Shown here piece by piece: positions 9,390 to 19,159 of a stretch of DNA of 64,000 nucleotides. The notes below the pieces were generated by a model that saw nothing but the letters and a program-made list of their open reading frames with translations, made no database searches and had not been told where the DNA came from. The DNA lies in the NCBI GenBank assembly GCA_002399785.1, contig DHEH01000010.1:134833-198832 (forward strand). The letters are read 5' to 3'. Position numbers and translations under genes: made by a program. Every line of letters begins with the position of its first letter. The first letter of the stretch is position 1. The stretch is from Bacillales bacterium UBA4855 (GTDB lineage: Bacteria; Bacillota_I; Bacilli_A; RFN20; CAG-826).

Positions 9390-11978
9390 CTACCCTAAAT
9401 TTTTAATTTTATTAAGAATTTCTTCTAATTGTTTTTTATAATTCTCGTATTTGGCTGTTTCTATGTCGATTTTAGCTTTTGGAGCTTTTGCAACAAAGTT
9501 TGAATTATTCAATAACCCTTTACTTCTCTTTATTTCAGATTCAAGTCCATTCTGTTGCTTCTTTAATGTATTAATAAGTTCGGATTTGTCGACATTATCA
9601 ATAATAAAAAGTGTAAAACCATCCAAAACAAATGCAGTTGAATTCTTTACTTCTTCTTTTACTATTTGACTATCCTTAGCAAAACTAAAACGCGCTAAAT
9701 AAGGAAGCAAATCTTTTGAAAAATCACCCATAACACTTAAAGAAATAGAAGTGTTTGGAGCTAATTTATTATTAACTTTGTAAGATCTAATTGATTCTAT
9801 TGCTTGATTCAACTTGTTAACCTTACGAATATCTTTTGCAAAAACAAATTTCTTTTCAAACACAGGATAATCTTCTAGCATTACCGAATCTTTATGTTCT
9901 GGTAAATTTAAGTAGATTTCTTCGCTAATAAATGGTGAGAATGGATAAATCATCATAACTACAGCCTTTAATACCTTAAGTAAGGTCCGATAAGTACCAT
10001 AATTATAGTTATTTTCGTTATTTAAACTAACTTTTGTATACTCAAGATAAGTTGAACAAAAATCATCATAAACAAAATTATAAAGGACACTTGAAGCGAT
10101 TCCGTATTCATATTTATCCATATATTTTGTAACTTTTTTAACAGTCTCTTCTAATTTTGTCAAAATGTACTTGTCAATAGAATTAAGTTTCTTTGTATCA
10201 ACATTTTGATTCTTAAAATCTTCAGGAATAGTCATTAAAATATAACGAGCACTATTCCATATTTTATTTAAATAATTATTTGCTGCTTGAACTTTTTCTT
10301 CTTCATAACGCATATCAAGTCCAGGAGTAGCAGTTGTTGCTAAGAAATAACGCAAACTGTCAACACCATATTTATTTATGACATCAATTGGATCTACACC
10401 ATTTCCCAAAGATTTAGACATTTTTCTTCCTCGAGAATCACGTACAAGGCCATGAATTAACACATCTTTAAATGGAGCTTTTCCGGTGAAAGTAAGTCCT
10501 TGAAAGTACATTCTAGCGACCCAGAAAAAGATAATATCATATCCAGTTACCATTAAATCTAACGGAAAATAACGTTTAAAATCTTCAGTTTCTTCTGGCC
10601 AACCTAACGTAGCGAAAGTCCATAAAGCACTACTAAACCATGTATCAAAAACATCTTCATCTTGTATCCAATTTTCAATATCTTCAGGTGCTTTTTGACT
10701 AACTAGTAGTTTATTAGTGGTTTTTGAGTAAAATACTGGTATTCTATGTCCCCACCAAAGTTGTCTTGATATGCACCAATCATCACATTGTCCCATCCAG
10801 CGAAGCAAAACTTTTTCAAAGCGTTTTGGGATAAAATTAACTTTATCATCACTCTTTTGATTTTCGATAACCGCATCACTCAATTTATCCATCTTAACAA
10901 ACCATTGTTTAGATAATAATGGCTCAACAACAGCATCGCTTCTTTCGCTGTGTCCAACTTGGTGTTTAATCTTTTCTATCTTAATTAAATTGTCATCATT
11001 CTTTATATTTTCAACTAATAATTTACGACATTCAAAACGATCCATACCTTTATAGATACCAGTATTATCTGCCATTGTACCATCAACATTCATAATAATT
11101 GGATGAGGCATATTATGTTTTTTACCAATAAGAAAATCGTTTGGATCGTGAGCTGGCGTGCACTTCATAGCACCAGTTCCAAAATCAACATCAACATATT
11201 CGTCGGCAATAACCGGAATCACTTCATTGTTAGCTGGATTAATTACTTTTTTACCAACTACATCTTTATATCGTTTATCTTTAGGGTTTACAACAATACA
11301 GGTATCGCCAAACATGGTTTCAGGTCTTGTAGTTGCAATCGTTAAAAATTTGCTCTTATCATCATTAAAACGATATTTAAAATAGAAGAATTCTCCTTCA
11401 TCTTCTTTATAAATAACCTCAATACTGCTTAAAGCAGTTCTCATAACTGGATCATAATTTATAATACGTTCTCCACGGTAAACTAAACCTTTATCATACA
11501 TAGTCTTAAAAACTTTAAAAACGGCTTCTTGAAAGCCTTCATCCATAGTAAATCTTTCACGGGAATAATCGAGCATAAGGCCCATTTTTGCCCATTGATC
11601 GTGGATAATTGAAGAATATTTATCTTTCCAAGCAAAAGCTTCTTTCATAAAAGCTTCTCTTCCAATGGTAAATCTATCAGTGCCTTCTTCTTTTAATTTG
11701 GCATCAACTTTAGCTTGAGTAGCGATTCCTGCATGATCACATCCTGGTAAATATAAAACATCAAAGCCTTTGGCTTTTTTATATCTACAAGAAATATCTT
11801 GAATAGTCGTATCACAAGAGTGTCCAATATGTAATTTACCAGTGACATTTGGAGGAGGAATCACCATCGAAAATTTTTGTTTACTAACATCACCTGCAGT
11901 AAAATAACCTTTATTTTTCCAATTTTCGTACTTTCCGGCTTCTACAGCCTTAAAGTCGTATCTTTTATCTAAAGCCAT
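9390..11978 (-). CDS. valS: valine--tRNA ligase
   Basis: PPPNVTGKLHIGH, DWCISRQLWWGH, KMSKS, C-terminal coiled coil. Confidence 0.98.
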   Translation of the reverse strand: MALDKRYDFKAVEAGKYENWKNKGYFTAGDVSKQKFSMVIPPPNVTGKLHIGHSCDTTIQDISCRYKKAKGFDVLYLPGCDHAGIATQAKVDAKLKEEGTDRFTIGREAFMKEAFAWKDKYSSIIHDQWAKMGLMLDYSRERFTMDEGFQEAVFKVFKTMYDKGLVYRGERIINYDPVMRTALSSIEVIYKEDEGEFFYFKYRFNDDKSKFLTIATTRPETMFGDTCIVVNPKDKRYKDVVGKKVINPANNEVIPVIADEYVDVDFGTGAMKCTPAHDPNDFLIGKKHNMPHPIIMNVDGTMADNTGIYKGMDRFECRKLLVENIKNDDNLIKIEKIKHQVGHSERSDAVVEPLLSKQWFVKMDKLSDAVIENQKSDDKVNFIPKRFEKVLLRWMGQCDDWCISRQLWWGHRIPVFYSKTTNKLLVSQKAPEDIENWIQDEDVFDTWFSSALWTFATLGWPEETEDFKRYFPLDLMVTGYDIIFFWVARMYFQGLTFTGKAPFKDVLIHGLVRDSRGRKMSKSLGNGVDPIDVINKYGVDSLRYFLATTATPGLDMRYEEEKVQAANNYLNKIWNSARYILMTIPEDFKNQNVDTKKLNSIDKYILTKLEETVKKVTKYMDKYEYGIASSVLYNFVYDDFCSTYLEYTKVSLNNENNYNYGTYRTLLKVLKAVVMMIYPFSPFISEEIYLNLPEHKDSVMLEDYPVFEKKFVFAKDIRKVNKLNQAIESIRSYKVNNKLAPNTSISLSVMGDFSKDLLPYLARFSFAKDSQIVKEEVKNSTAFVLDGFTLFIIDNVDKSELINTLKKQQNGLESEIKRSKGLLNNSNFVAKAPKAKIDIETAKYENYKKQLEEILNKIKNLG

Positions 11979-11982
11979 AACT

Positions 11983-12579
11983 TTATCTCCTTAATGCACT
12001 ATCTATTCTTTGCTTTAAAAATCCTAAAGAATCTTTATTTTTACTTGAGGTAAGAATAACTTGATCTTTAGAAATTGTTTCGTTCAAACCTAAATCAAGA
12101 TTTTTATATATTTTTGCTTTTTCACTTTGGTTCAATTTATCACATTTTGTCATCGCTATAATATAAGGATAAGAAAAATGTTTCAAATATATATAAAAAT
12201 CTTGGTCATCTTGAGTTGGAAGATGCCTGCTATCTAATAAAAAAACAATCAATTTTAAATTAGCATTATCAGTAAAATAAGAATCGAAAATTTTACCATA
12301 AAATTCATAATCAATATCTTTTTTAGCGCTAAATCCATAACCTGGAGAATCAACAAAATAAAAAGAATTGTCGATCATAAAATAATTAAGTAATCTTGTA
12401 TGTCCTGGAGTTTTGCTGGTGAAAGCCAATGCTTTTTGATTAGCCAAAGCATTAATCAGACTGGATTTTCCGACATTACTTTTGCCAACAAAAAGAATCT
12501 CCTCTAAATGAGGTAGAGGAGAATCTTTTAAATCGACAATCGATGTAATAAATTTTGCAGTTTTGTAGCAGTTTTCCAT
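11983..12579 (-). CDS. engB: ribosome biogenesis GTPase YsxC/EngB
   Basis: GKSNVGKSSLIN, SKTPGHT, DSPGYG, TKCDK; follows lon. Confidence 0.95.
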   Translation of the reverse strand: MENCYKTAKFITSIVDLKDSPLPHLEEILFVGKSNVGKSSLINALANQKALAFTSKTPGHTRLLNYFMIDNSFYFVDSPGYGFSAKKDIDYEFYGKIFDSYFTDNANLKLIVFLLDSRHLPTQDDQDFYIYLKHFSYPYIIAMTKCDKLNQSEKAKIYKNLDLGLNETISKDQVILTSSKNKDSLGFLKQRIDSALRR

Positions 12580-12580
12580 A

Positions 12581-14950
12581 TTATTTTAAACAGAATTTGA
12601 TAGCTTCATCAACTAAAGTCATGTAAATAATTTTTAAATTATCTTTAACTTCTTTTGGAAGCTCATCAGCATTCTTTTTGTTTTCTTTCGGAACGATAAT
12701 AGTCTTAATTCCACTTCTTAAAGCAGCTAAACTCTTCTCCCTAAGCCCACCAATTGGAAGAGCTTTTCCACGAAGAGTAACTTCTCCAGTCATAGCAATA
12801 TCGCCACTAACTGGGCGTTTTGTAAAGGCACTTACCATAGCGGTTGTGATTGCACAGCCAGCACTTGGTCCATCTTTAGAGACGGCGCCTTCAGGAACGT
12901 GAACATGAATATCATTTTCACTAAATAACTTGTCATCAATATTAAACTTTTTAGAATTAGCTTTTATGTAATCTAAAGCAATTTGACAAGATTCTTTCAT
13001 GACATCACCCAATTTACCAGTTAATAGCAAATTCCCTTTCCCCGGGAAATAATTAACTTCTATCGGAAGAATATCGCCACCGTATGGAGTCCAGGCTAAA
13101 CCTGTTACAACACCAATTTGTGGGTCTTTCTCTTTTTTTGTTTTATCAAAATCTTCAATTCCTAAATATTTTTTTACTTCTTCAGGAGTTAAAGTGACTT
13201 TGCCTTTAATTTTGCCATTCAATAAGCCAACTACAACTTTTCTTAAAATACTAGCAATTTTACGTTCAAGATCTCTTACGCCACTTTCCATAGTGTAATG
13301 TTCAACAATGTAAGCGATTGCTTCATCATTAAATTCTACTTGTTCTGGTTTTAAACCATTATTAGAAAACTCTCTTTTTATTAAGAAATCTTTAGCGATA
13401 TGAATTTTATCAATAAGTGTGTAACTTTCAACTTCGATAAGTTCCAATCTATCCATTAAAGGAGCTGGAATCGTATTTAAATCGTTAGCAGTACAAATAA
13501 AGAGTACGTTGCTTAAATCGTAATTAACTTCAAGATAATTGTCGTTGAAATTAGTATTTTGCTCTGGATCAAGAACCTCAAGTAAAGCACTACTTGGATC
13601 ACCTTTAAAAGAATCATGACTTAATTTATCGATTTCATCGAGTAAAAATACAGGATTATCAACTTTAACTTTTCTCAATAAATTAATAATTCTTCCAGGT
13701 CTAGAACCAACATAAGTTCTTCTGTGTCCTCTAATTTCACCTTCATCACTAACTCCACCTAAGGAACATTTAATAAATTTTCTTCCTAAAGCACGAGCGA
13801 TTGATTGACTTAAACTAGTTTTTCCACATCCTGGAGGTCCATAAAAACAAAGAATAGGAGATTTTAAGTTGCCATTCATCTTTTTAACAGCTAAATATTC
13901 AACAATTCTCTCTTTAACTTTCTTTAATCCATAATGATCTTCATCAAGTACTTTTTTAGCATTGATAACATCATCATTATCAGGAGTATGTTCAAACCAT
14001 GGGACGCTCATCAAGATTGTAATATAATCTTGAATTAAACTAGATTCAAGACTGCCTTGAGGCATAGTATTCAACCTTTTTAATTCATCTTTAACTTTAT
14101 CCTTAACTTCTTGTGGATAAGGATTTTTTTCGAGTTGTTCAGTAATTTTATCTTGAATTTTTCTTGTATCATCACCTAATTCAGTTTGGATTGCCTTCAT
14201 CTTTTCGCGTAAAAAATATTCTTTTTGTTGTTTATTCGTTGAATCACGAACCATTTCATTAATTTTATTTTCAATATCATTATCAGAAAGAAATAATGTA
14301 AATTGATTAATTAAAGCATATAAAAAATCTTTAATGTCAGCAGAAGAATAAATTTCCTGGCGAATTTCTTGCTTAACATTAATAATATTAAGCATTCTAT
14401 AACATAATTCAGAAGCAGTCATACCATTTGTTAAACGTAATTTAAAATCTCGATCTTCTTCGAAATTTAAAAAACTTTTATCGGTATTGTACGACCCTAA
14501 AATCATGTTAACTAATTTTTTAACCAATATAGTTTCGGTATTTAAATCGGTGCTTATCAATGGAAACTTTTCATACTCTGAATAAACAAAATTACCTAAA
14601 GCATTAAATGTTGGTTTTATAAATTTAACACGTTCAACACCTTGAACTGAAATTCTTAAAATTTTCCCAACTTTTTGACAATTAACAACTCTACAAAGAG
14701 TTCCGATTAAATAAATATCATCAACATTAAAAGGATTTTTTTCATCGATATCTTTTTTTTGAGATGTAACCAAAACATAATTGTTAAATTTTGAGGTAGA
14801 TTCGTTAGCGGCATTGATTGACATTTGTCTTTGCGCACTAAAAACCTCGTTTCTCGAAGGCAAAACAATGCCTCCGATTGTAACGATTACTGGTAAAGCC
14901 TGAATTTCAGGCTTTATTTGATCAACAACTTCGTTTTCATTAATATCCAT
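12581..14950 (-). CDS. lon: ATP-dependent protease La (Lon)
   Basis: GPPGCGKTS, LLDEIDK, KDGPSAG catalytic Ser, IGGLREK; start taken as ATG 14950 behind GGAG. Confidence 0.97.
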   Translation of the reverse strand: MDINENEVVDQIKPEIQALPVIVTIGGIVLPSRNEVFSAQRQMSINAANESTSKFNNYVLVTSQKKDIDEKNPFNVDDIYLIGTLCRVVNCQKVGKILRISVQGVERVKFIKPTFNALGNFVYSEYEKFPLISTDLNTETILVKKLVNMILGSYNTDKSFLNFEEDRDFKLRLTNGMTASELCYRMLNIINVKQEIRQEIYSSADIKDFLYALINQFTLFLSDNDIENKINEMVRDSTNKQQKEYFLREKMKAIQTELGDDTRKIQDKITEQLEKNPYPQEVKDKVKDELKRLNTMPQGSLESSLIQDYITILMSVPWFEHTPDNDDVINAKKVLDEDHYGLKKVKERIVEYLAVKKMNGNLKSPILCFYGPPGCGKTSLSQSIARALGRKFIKCSLGGVSDEGEIRGHRRTYVGSRPGRIINLLRKVKVDNPVFLLDEIDKLSHDSFKGDPSSALLEVLDPEQNTNFNDNYLEVNYDLSNVLFICTANDLNTIPAPLMDRLELIEVESYTLIDKIHIAKDFLIKREFSNNGLKPEQVEFNDEAIAYIVEHYTMESGVRDLERKIASILRKVVVGLLNGKIKGKVTLTPEEVKKYLGIEDFDKTKKEKDPQIGVVTGLAWTPYGGDILPIEVNYFPGKGNLLLTGKLGDVMKESCQIALDYIKANSKKFNIDDKLFSENDIHVHVPEGAVSKDGPSAGCAITTAMVSAFTKRPVSGDIAMTGEVTLRGKALPIGGLREKSLAALRSGIKTIIVPKENKKNADELPKEVKDNLKIIYMTLVDEAIKFCLK

Positions 14951-14978
14951 TAAAATCTCCAAAATAATTAAAATTCAA

Positions 14979-16337
14979 CTATTTAGCTTCCTTTTTAGCA
15001 GCAGTTTTTTTAGCTTTGACTTCTTTAGCTGGTTTTTCTTCAGCAACAGCTTTTTCGCCTAAAGGAGCATTGTTAGCTTCTAAGAAGTTTAAAATCTTTC
15101 TATTAAGCAAATTGCTAACTAATTGTTGTTGTTGGCTAGCATACATTTTCTTAAGTTCTTCAACTTTCATGTTGTACATTTTGGCAGAATTCTCATAGAA
15201 TTCATCTAATTCTTTCTGAGAAACAATTAAACCTTCAACTTGAGCAATCTTATCGACAACAACAGTTGCAACAAGTTTGTTCTTGGCTTGACCTTTGAAT
15301 TCAACTTCTAACTTAGCATCATCCATGCCAGTAATTTCTTTATATTGTTCAAAAGTTAATCCGTTTTGAGAAATTTGTTGAATCATATTTTCTTTTAAAC
15401 TTTTTGCTTCGTTTTCAATAACAGCGTCAGCGATAACGACTTCGCTATTTTTGCAAATTTGGTCGATTAAATCTTGCATATATTTGTTTTTGCTATCTTT
15501 AGCTTTTTTGCCTAAAATTTGTTTTTCTTCATATTCTTTTAAAGCTTTGACAGTGTTGACGTCAGTAATTTTAAGACCAGCAACAAATTCATCTTCAAGT
15601 TTTGGAGATTGTTTTGTCTTAATTTCATGAATCATACAAGCAAATTTGGCTTTTTTACCAGCTAAATCTTTAATGTATTGATCTGGGAATGTAACTTCAA
15701 CATCTTTTTTGGTTTCACTTGTAACACCGATTAATTGATCTTCAAATCCAGGAACAAATGTATTTGAACCTAAAACAAGTGAATAGTTGTCGGAACTTCC
15801 GCCATCAAATTCTTTTCCATCGATGTAGCCTTTAAAATCAAAAACTACTGTATCGCCTTTTTCAGCAGCACCTTCTTTTAAAACTAATTCACTATTATCT
15901 TCAAGTAATTTAGCAATAGCTTCATCAACTTCGGCATTGGTGACTGATGGAACTTCTTGAGCAAGGTGAATATCCTTGTATTGACCTAATTTAACTTCAG
16001 GATAAACCGTAATTGTAAAAACAACTTCAAGTTCTGTATCACTAAATTTTGTGACCTTAACTTCAGGAGCAACAAATGGTCTTAATTTGTTCTCTTTGCA
16101 AGAATCATCAAATAATTTTGGAATAACAACATTGATTTGTTCGTTTCCTAAATCTTGTGGATTAATTTTTTCTTTAGCTAAATCTAGAGGAGCTTGTCCT
16201 TTTCTAAATCCTTTGATTTGAACGTTGCTAGCTAATCTTTTTAAAGCCTTATCTTTAGCATCTGCCCAAACCTTTCCGTTAATTGAAGCGGTAACTTCAT
16301 ATATTCCGTTTCCTTTGTTTACTAATTTTGTAGCCAT
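14979..16337 (-). CDS. tig: trigger factor
   Basis: GFRKGQAP ribosome-binding motif; FKBP domain FVPGFEDQLIG; start taken as ATG 16337. Confidence 0.96.
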   Translation of the reverse strand: MATKLVNKGNGIYEVTASINGKVWADAKDKALKRLASNVQIKGFRKGQAPLDLAKEKINPQDLGNEQINVVIPKLFDDSCKENKLRPFVAPEVKVTKFSDTELEVVFTITVYPEVKLGQYKDIHLAQEVPSVTNAEVDEAIAKLLEDNSELVLKEGAAEKGDTVVFDFKGYIDGKEFDGGSSDNYSLVLGSNTFVPGFEDQLIGVTSETKKDVEVTFPDQYIKDLAGKKAKFACMIHEIKTKQSPKLEDEFVAGLKITDVNTVKALKEYEEKQILGKKAKDSKNKYMQDLIDQICKNSEVVIADAVIENEAKSLKENMIQQISQNGLTFEQYKEITGMDDAKLEVEFKGQAKNKLVATVVVDKIAQVEGLIVSQKELDEFYENSAKMYNMKVEELKKMYASQQQQLVSNLLNRKILNFLEANNAPLGEKAVAEEKPAKEVKAKKTAAKKEAK

Positions 16338-16425
16338 ATTTTTTCTATTTCCTTTCAAATTGCGTACGATTAAAATTATATACTAGATTTAAAATCTAGT
16401 AAAGACAAACACCCTTTTTACATAG

Positions 16426-17391
16426 TTAATTTTTCTCTTTTTTTAAGCAAATTAAGGTTAATTTATTAATAAATCGATCTCTTTCGGCATTATTAATCTT
16501 TAAAGATTCATAAAGCGGATCCGCCAAATAATCCTCTCCAGCTAAATCATTAGCGAGTTTTAATACAGCGGCAATAAAATTATCTAAATCATCCAAAGTT
16601 AAATAATCAGGGAAAAAGAATTGAGCACTATATTCGGTAAATTCCCTTGATATCGATGAAACTGTCATATTTTTTTCAGATTTACGTATATAATCTGCAG
16701 CCTCTTTAATTACTTTAATTGTTAAATTAATTTCTTCTTTTTTGTCTTTAGGAACAAAAGAATATATTTTTCCGTTCATTGAAAAAACAATGTTCTTTTC
16801 GCTTTCAAGCAAAATTAAGAAAAATACTAAAAGTGAGCAAATCATCGGATCATTTTGTTTATTTTCAAAAGCAAAATTAAAGATTTCTAAACATTCCGGC
16901 AATTTCAAATCATCGTATCTAGAAACCAGTTCAGCAACCAATTTATTAACTTCTTCAAGTTTTTGAGCTTTCAAAAAAGCATTTTTATAATATTCAACAT
17001 CATATTTTTTAGTTTCATTATTGGGTTTATCACGCAGTTTAATCAAATCCATTACAACATGATTTAAATTACGCAAATATTCTTCTGTTTCTTGATTTAC
17101 ATAAGGTAAGTTTTGATAATAAGGAACCATATCGATTGCCTCATCATCTTTTTTTAAAAAAATCAAAAGATTAAGAAAGATAAAAGAACCATTAATTAAA
17201 TCAAAATTCTCGATGGTTAGGTGATTATCTTTGTAATATTTATAGGCCGATTCATGATACAAAGAGCTTCTAATTCTAAAAATAAAATTAACAAAAACAA
17301 CTTCAGGATCGCTGGAATTATGATTGTCTTCAATAAACTTATTTATTTCTTCTTGAGACATGTCATCATTTAATAATTTTATCTTATCCAT
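16426..17391 (-). CDS. hypothetical helical protein
   Basis: 321-aa ORF starting 1 nt after the uvrC stop; no recognisable motif. Confidence 0.6.
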   Translation of the reverse strand: MDKIKLLNDDMSQEEINKFIEDNHNSSDPEVVFVNFIFRIRSSLYHESAYKYYKDNHLTIENFDLINGSFIFLNLLIFLKKDDEAIDMVPYYQNLPYVNQETEEYLRNLNHVVMDLIKLRDKPNNETKKYDVEYYKNAFLKAQKLEEVNKLVAELVSRYDDLKLPECLEIFNFAFENKQNDPMICSLLVFFLILLESEKNIVFSMNGKIYSFVPKDKKEEINLTIKVIKEAADYIRKSEKNMTVSSISREFTEYSAQFFFPDYLTLDDLDNFIAAVLKLANDLAGEDYLADPLYESLKINNAERDRFINKLTLICLKKEKN

Positions 17392-17392
17392 T

Positions 17393-19159
17393 TTATTTTT
17401 CCTTATGTAATTTATTATAAAGTAAAACAGCTACATTATCAGGTAAAATTTGCTTTAATTCTTCACTAGTAGCATTAGTTAAATCAGCAATAGTAGAATA
17501 TGTTTTACTCAATAATTCTCTTCGCTTTTCACCAATTCCATCAATATCATCGAAGATACTTTTAAACATGTTTTTATTTCTTTTTTTAATATGTGAAGTT
17601 ATTGCAAAACGATGTACTTCATCTTGCATTCTTGTAAGCATAAAAAATAAAGGTTTATCATCATCAAAATAATGCTCTTCAAGGTTCATATCTAATAATC
17701 CACTTGTTTTATGTTTATCAGATTTCACTAGGGAAATGATAGGGATATTGATATTTAACTTCTTTAAAACTTCAATACCTGCATTTAATTGTGTAAGACC
17801 GCCATCAAGAATAATTAAGTCTGGAAAACTAGATTTTTCTTCTTTTAACCTTGAATATCGACGAGTTAAAACTTCTTTCATGGAATTGACATCATCTTGT
17901 TTATTTTTAGATTGTAAATTAAATTTTCTATACATCTTTTTGACGGGTTCACCATTAATAAAAACAACCATTGCACCAATCGCGTTTGTTCCGGATAAAT
18001 GCGAATTATCAAATAATTCGATTCTTAAAGGTGTTTTTATATTGATGATCTTGCCTAATCTATCAAGCAAAGCAAGATTATCATCTTCAAGTCTGGCTGT
18101 CATAAAATGCTCATCTAAGGCTTCTTTTGCGTTAATTAACACAGTGGAAAGCATATCAAATAATTTGCCTTTAGAAGGATAAAGAACACGCATATCTTGG
18201 AAATAAGACTCACAATCTTGTTTCAATTCATCATTAGTTACAATAAGTTCTTTTGGATGTGGATTAATCGAATAATATTGGAAAATAATATCCGATATAA
18301 AATCAAGTAATTCACCGATTAATTCATAGACAAAAGAACGTTTTGAAAGCAAAATTCCTTTTCTGTAAATAAAAACAACAAGCGAAACATAATTGTCGCG
18401 AGTCGAAAACCCCCGCAAATCCCTATCCATTTTGTCAAAAAACTCAACTTGTTGTTTTTCACCAACATTAAGAAGAGAACTCAACATCTGATTATATTCG
18501 TTAGCTTTTTCAAATTCTAATTGTTCGCTCGATGTTTTAATTTTCTCTTTTAATTTATTAATAACTTCTTTATTTTCACCTTTTAAAAACGTAGAGATTT
18601 CTTGACAAATCTCATTATATTTTTCATTAGAAATCTTATTAATGCAAGGACCTAAACACTGATGCATGTGATAATATAAGCAAGGAGATTTTGGTACATT
18701 TCGGCATTTTCTTAAAGGATATATTTTGTTGATAATATCGACAGTTTCAAAAGCAGCTAAACTATTTGGAAACGGACCAAAATATTCACATCTTTTATCA
18801 TTTGTGTTGCGCGATATAGAGACATAAGGATCTTTTACTTTTGTGTGTAAAGCAATGTAAGGATAATGTTTGTCATCCATAAGCATAATGTTGTAACGAG
18901 GATGATGTTTTTGAATTAAATTCATTTCAAGAATTAACGCTTCTTTTTCTGAACTAGTGACAATTGTTGTAAAGTGATCAACATTAAAAACCATAGCAGC
19001 TGTTTTTCCGTTTTGAGGACGCAAAAAGTATTGCGAAACCCTCTTCTTTAAGTTTTTTGCTTTACCAATGTAGATGATTTCATTATCTTTATTTCTCATT
19101 TGATAACTACCTGGTTTATCAGGTAATAAATCAATCTCTTTTTTTAATAAATCATTCAT
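17393..19159 (-). CDS. uvrC: excinuclease ABC subunit C
   Basis: GIY-YIG domain (PGSY, YIGKAKNLKKRV), RIELFDNSH, PDLIILDGG, DEVHRFAI, HhH. Confidence 0.97.
   Translation of the reverse strand: MNDLLKKEIDLLPDKPGSYQMRNKDNEIIYIGKAKNLKKRVSQYFLRPQNGKTAAMVFNVDHFTTIVTSSEKEALILEMNLIQKHHPRYNIMLMDDKHYPYIALHTKVKDPYVSISRNTNDKRCEYFGPFPNSLAAFETVDIINKIYPLRKCRNVPKSPCLYYHMHQCLGPCINKISNEKYNEICQEISTFLKGENKEVINKLKEKIKTSSEQLEFEKANEYNQMLSSLLNVGEKQQVEFFDKMDRDLRGFSTRDNYVSLVVFIYRKGILLSKRSFVYELIGELLDFISDIIFQYYSINPHPKELIVTNDELKQDCESYFQDMRVLYPSKGKLFDMLSTVLINAKEALDEHFMTARLEDDNLALLDRLGKIINIKTPLRIELFDNSHLSGTNAIGAMVVFINGEPVKKMYRKFNLQSKNKQDDVNSMKEVLTRRYSRLKEEKSSFPDLIILDGGLTQLNAGIEVLKKLNINIPIISLVKSDKHKTSGLLDMNLEEHYFDDDKPLFFMLTRMQDEVHRFAITSHIKKRNKNMFKSIFDDIDGIGEKRRELLSKTYSTIADLTNATSEELKQILPDNVAVLLYNKLHKEK

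Noticed and set aside
18419-18427. Possible AGG-to-Met reassignment, as reported in some uncultured Bacilli
   Set aside because: AGG in UvrC 'DRD' matches a typical Arg position, and I saw no AGG at a conserved Met. Only a few codons were inspected, so a genome-wide tally is still needed.
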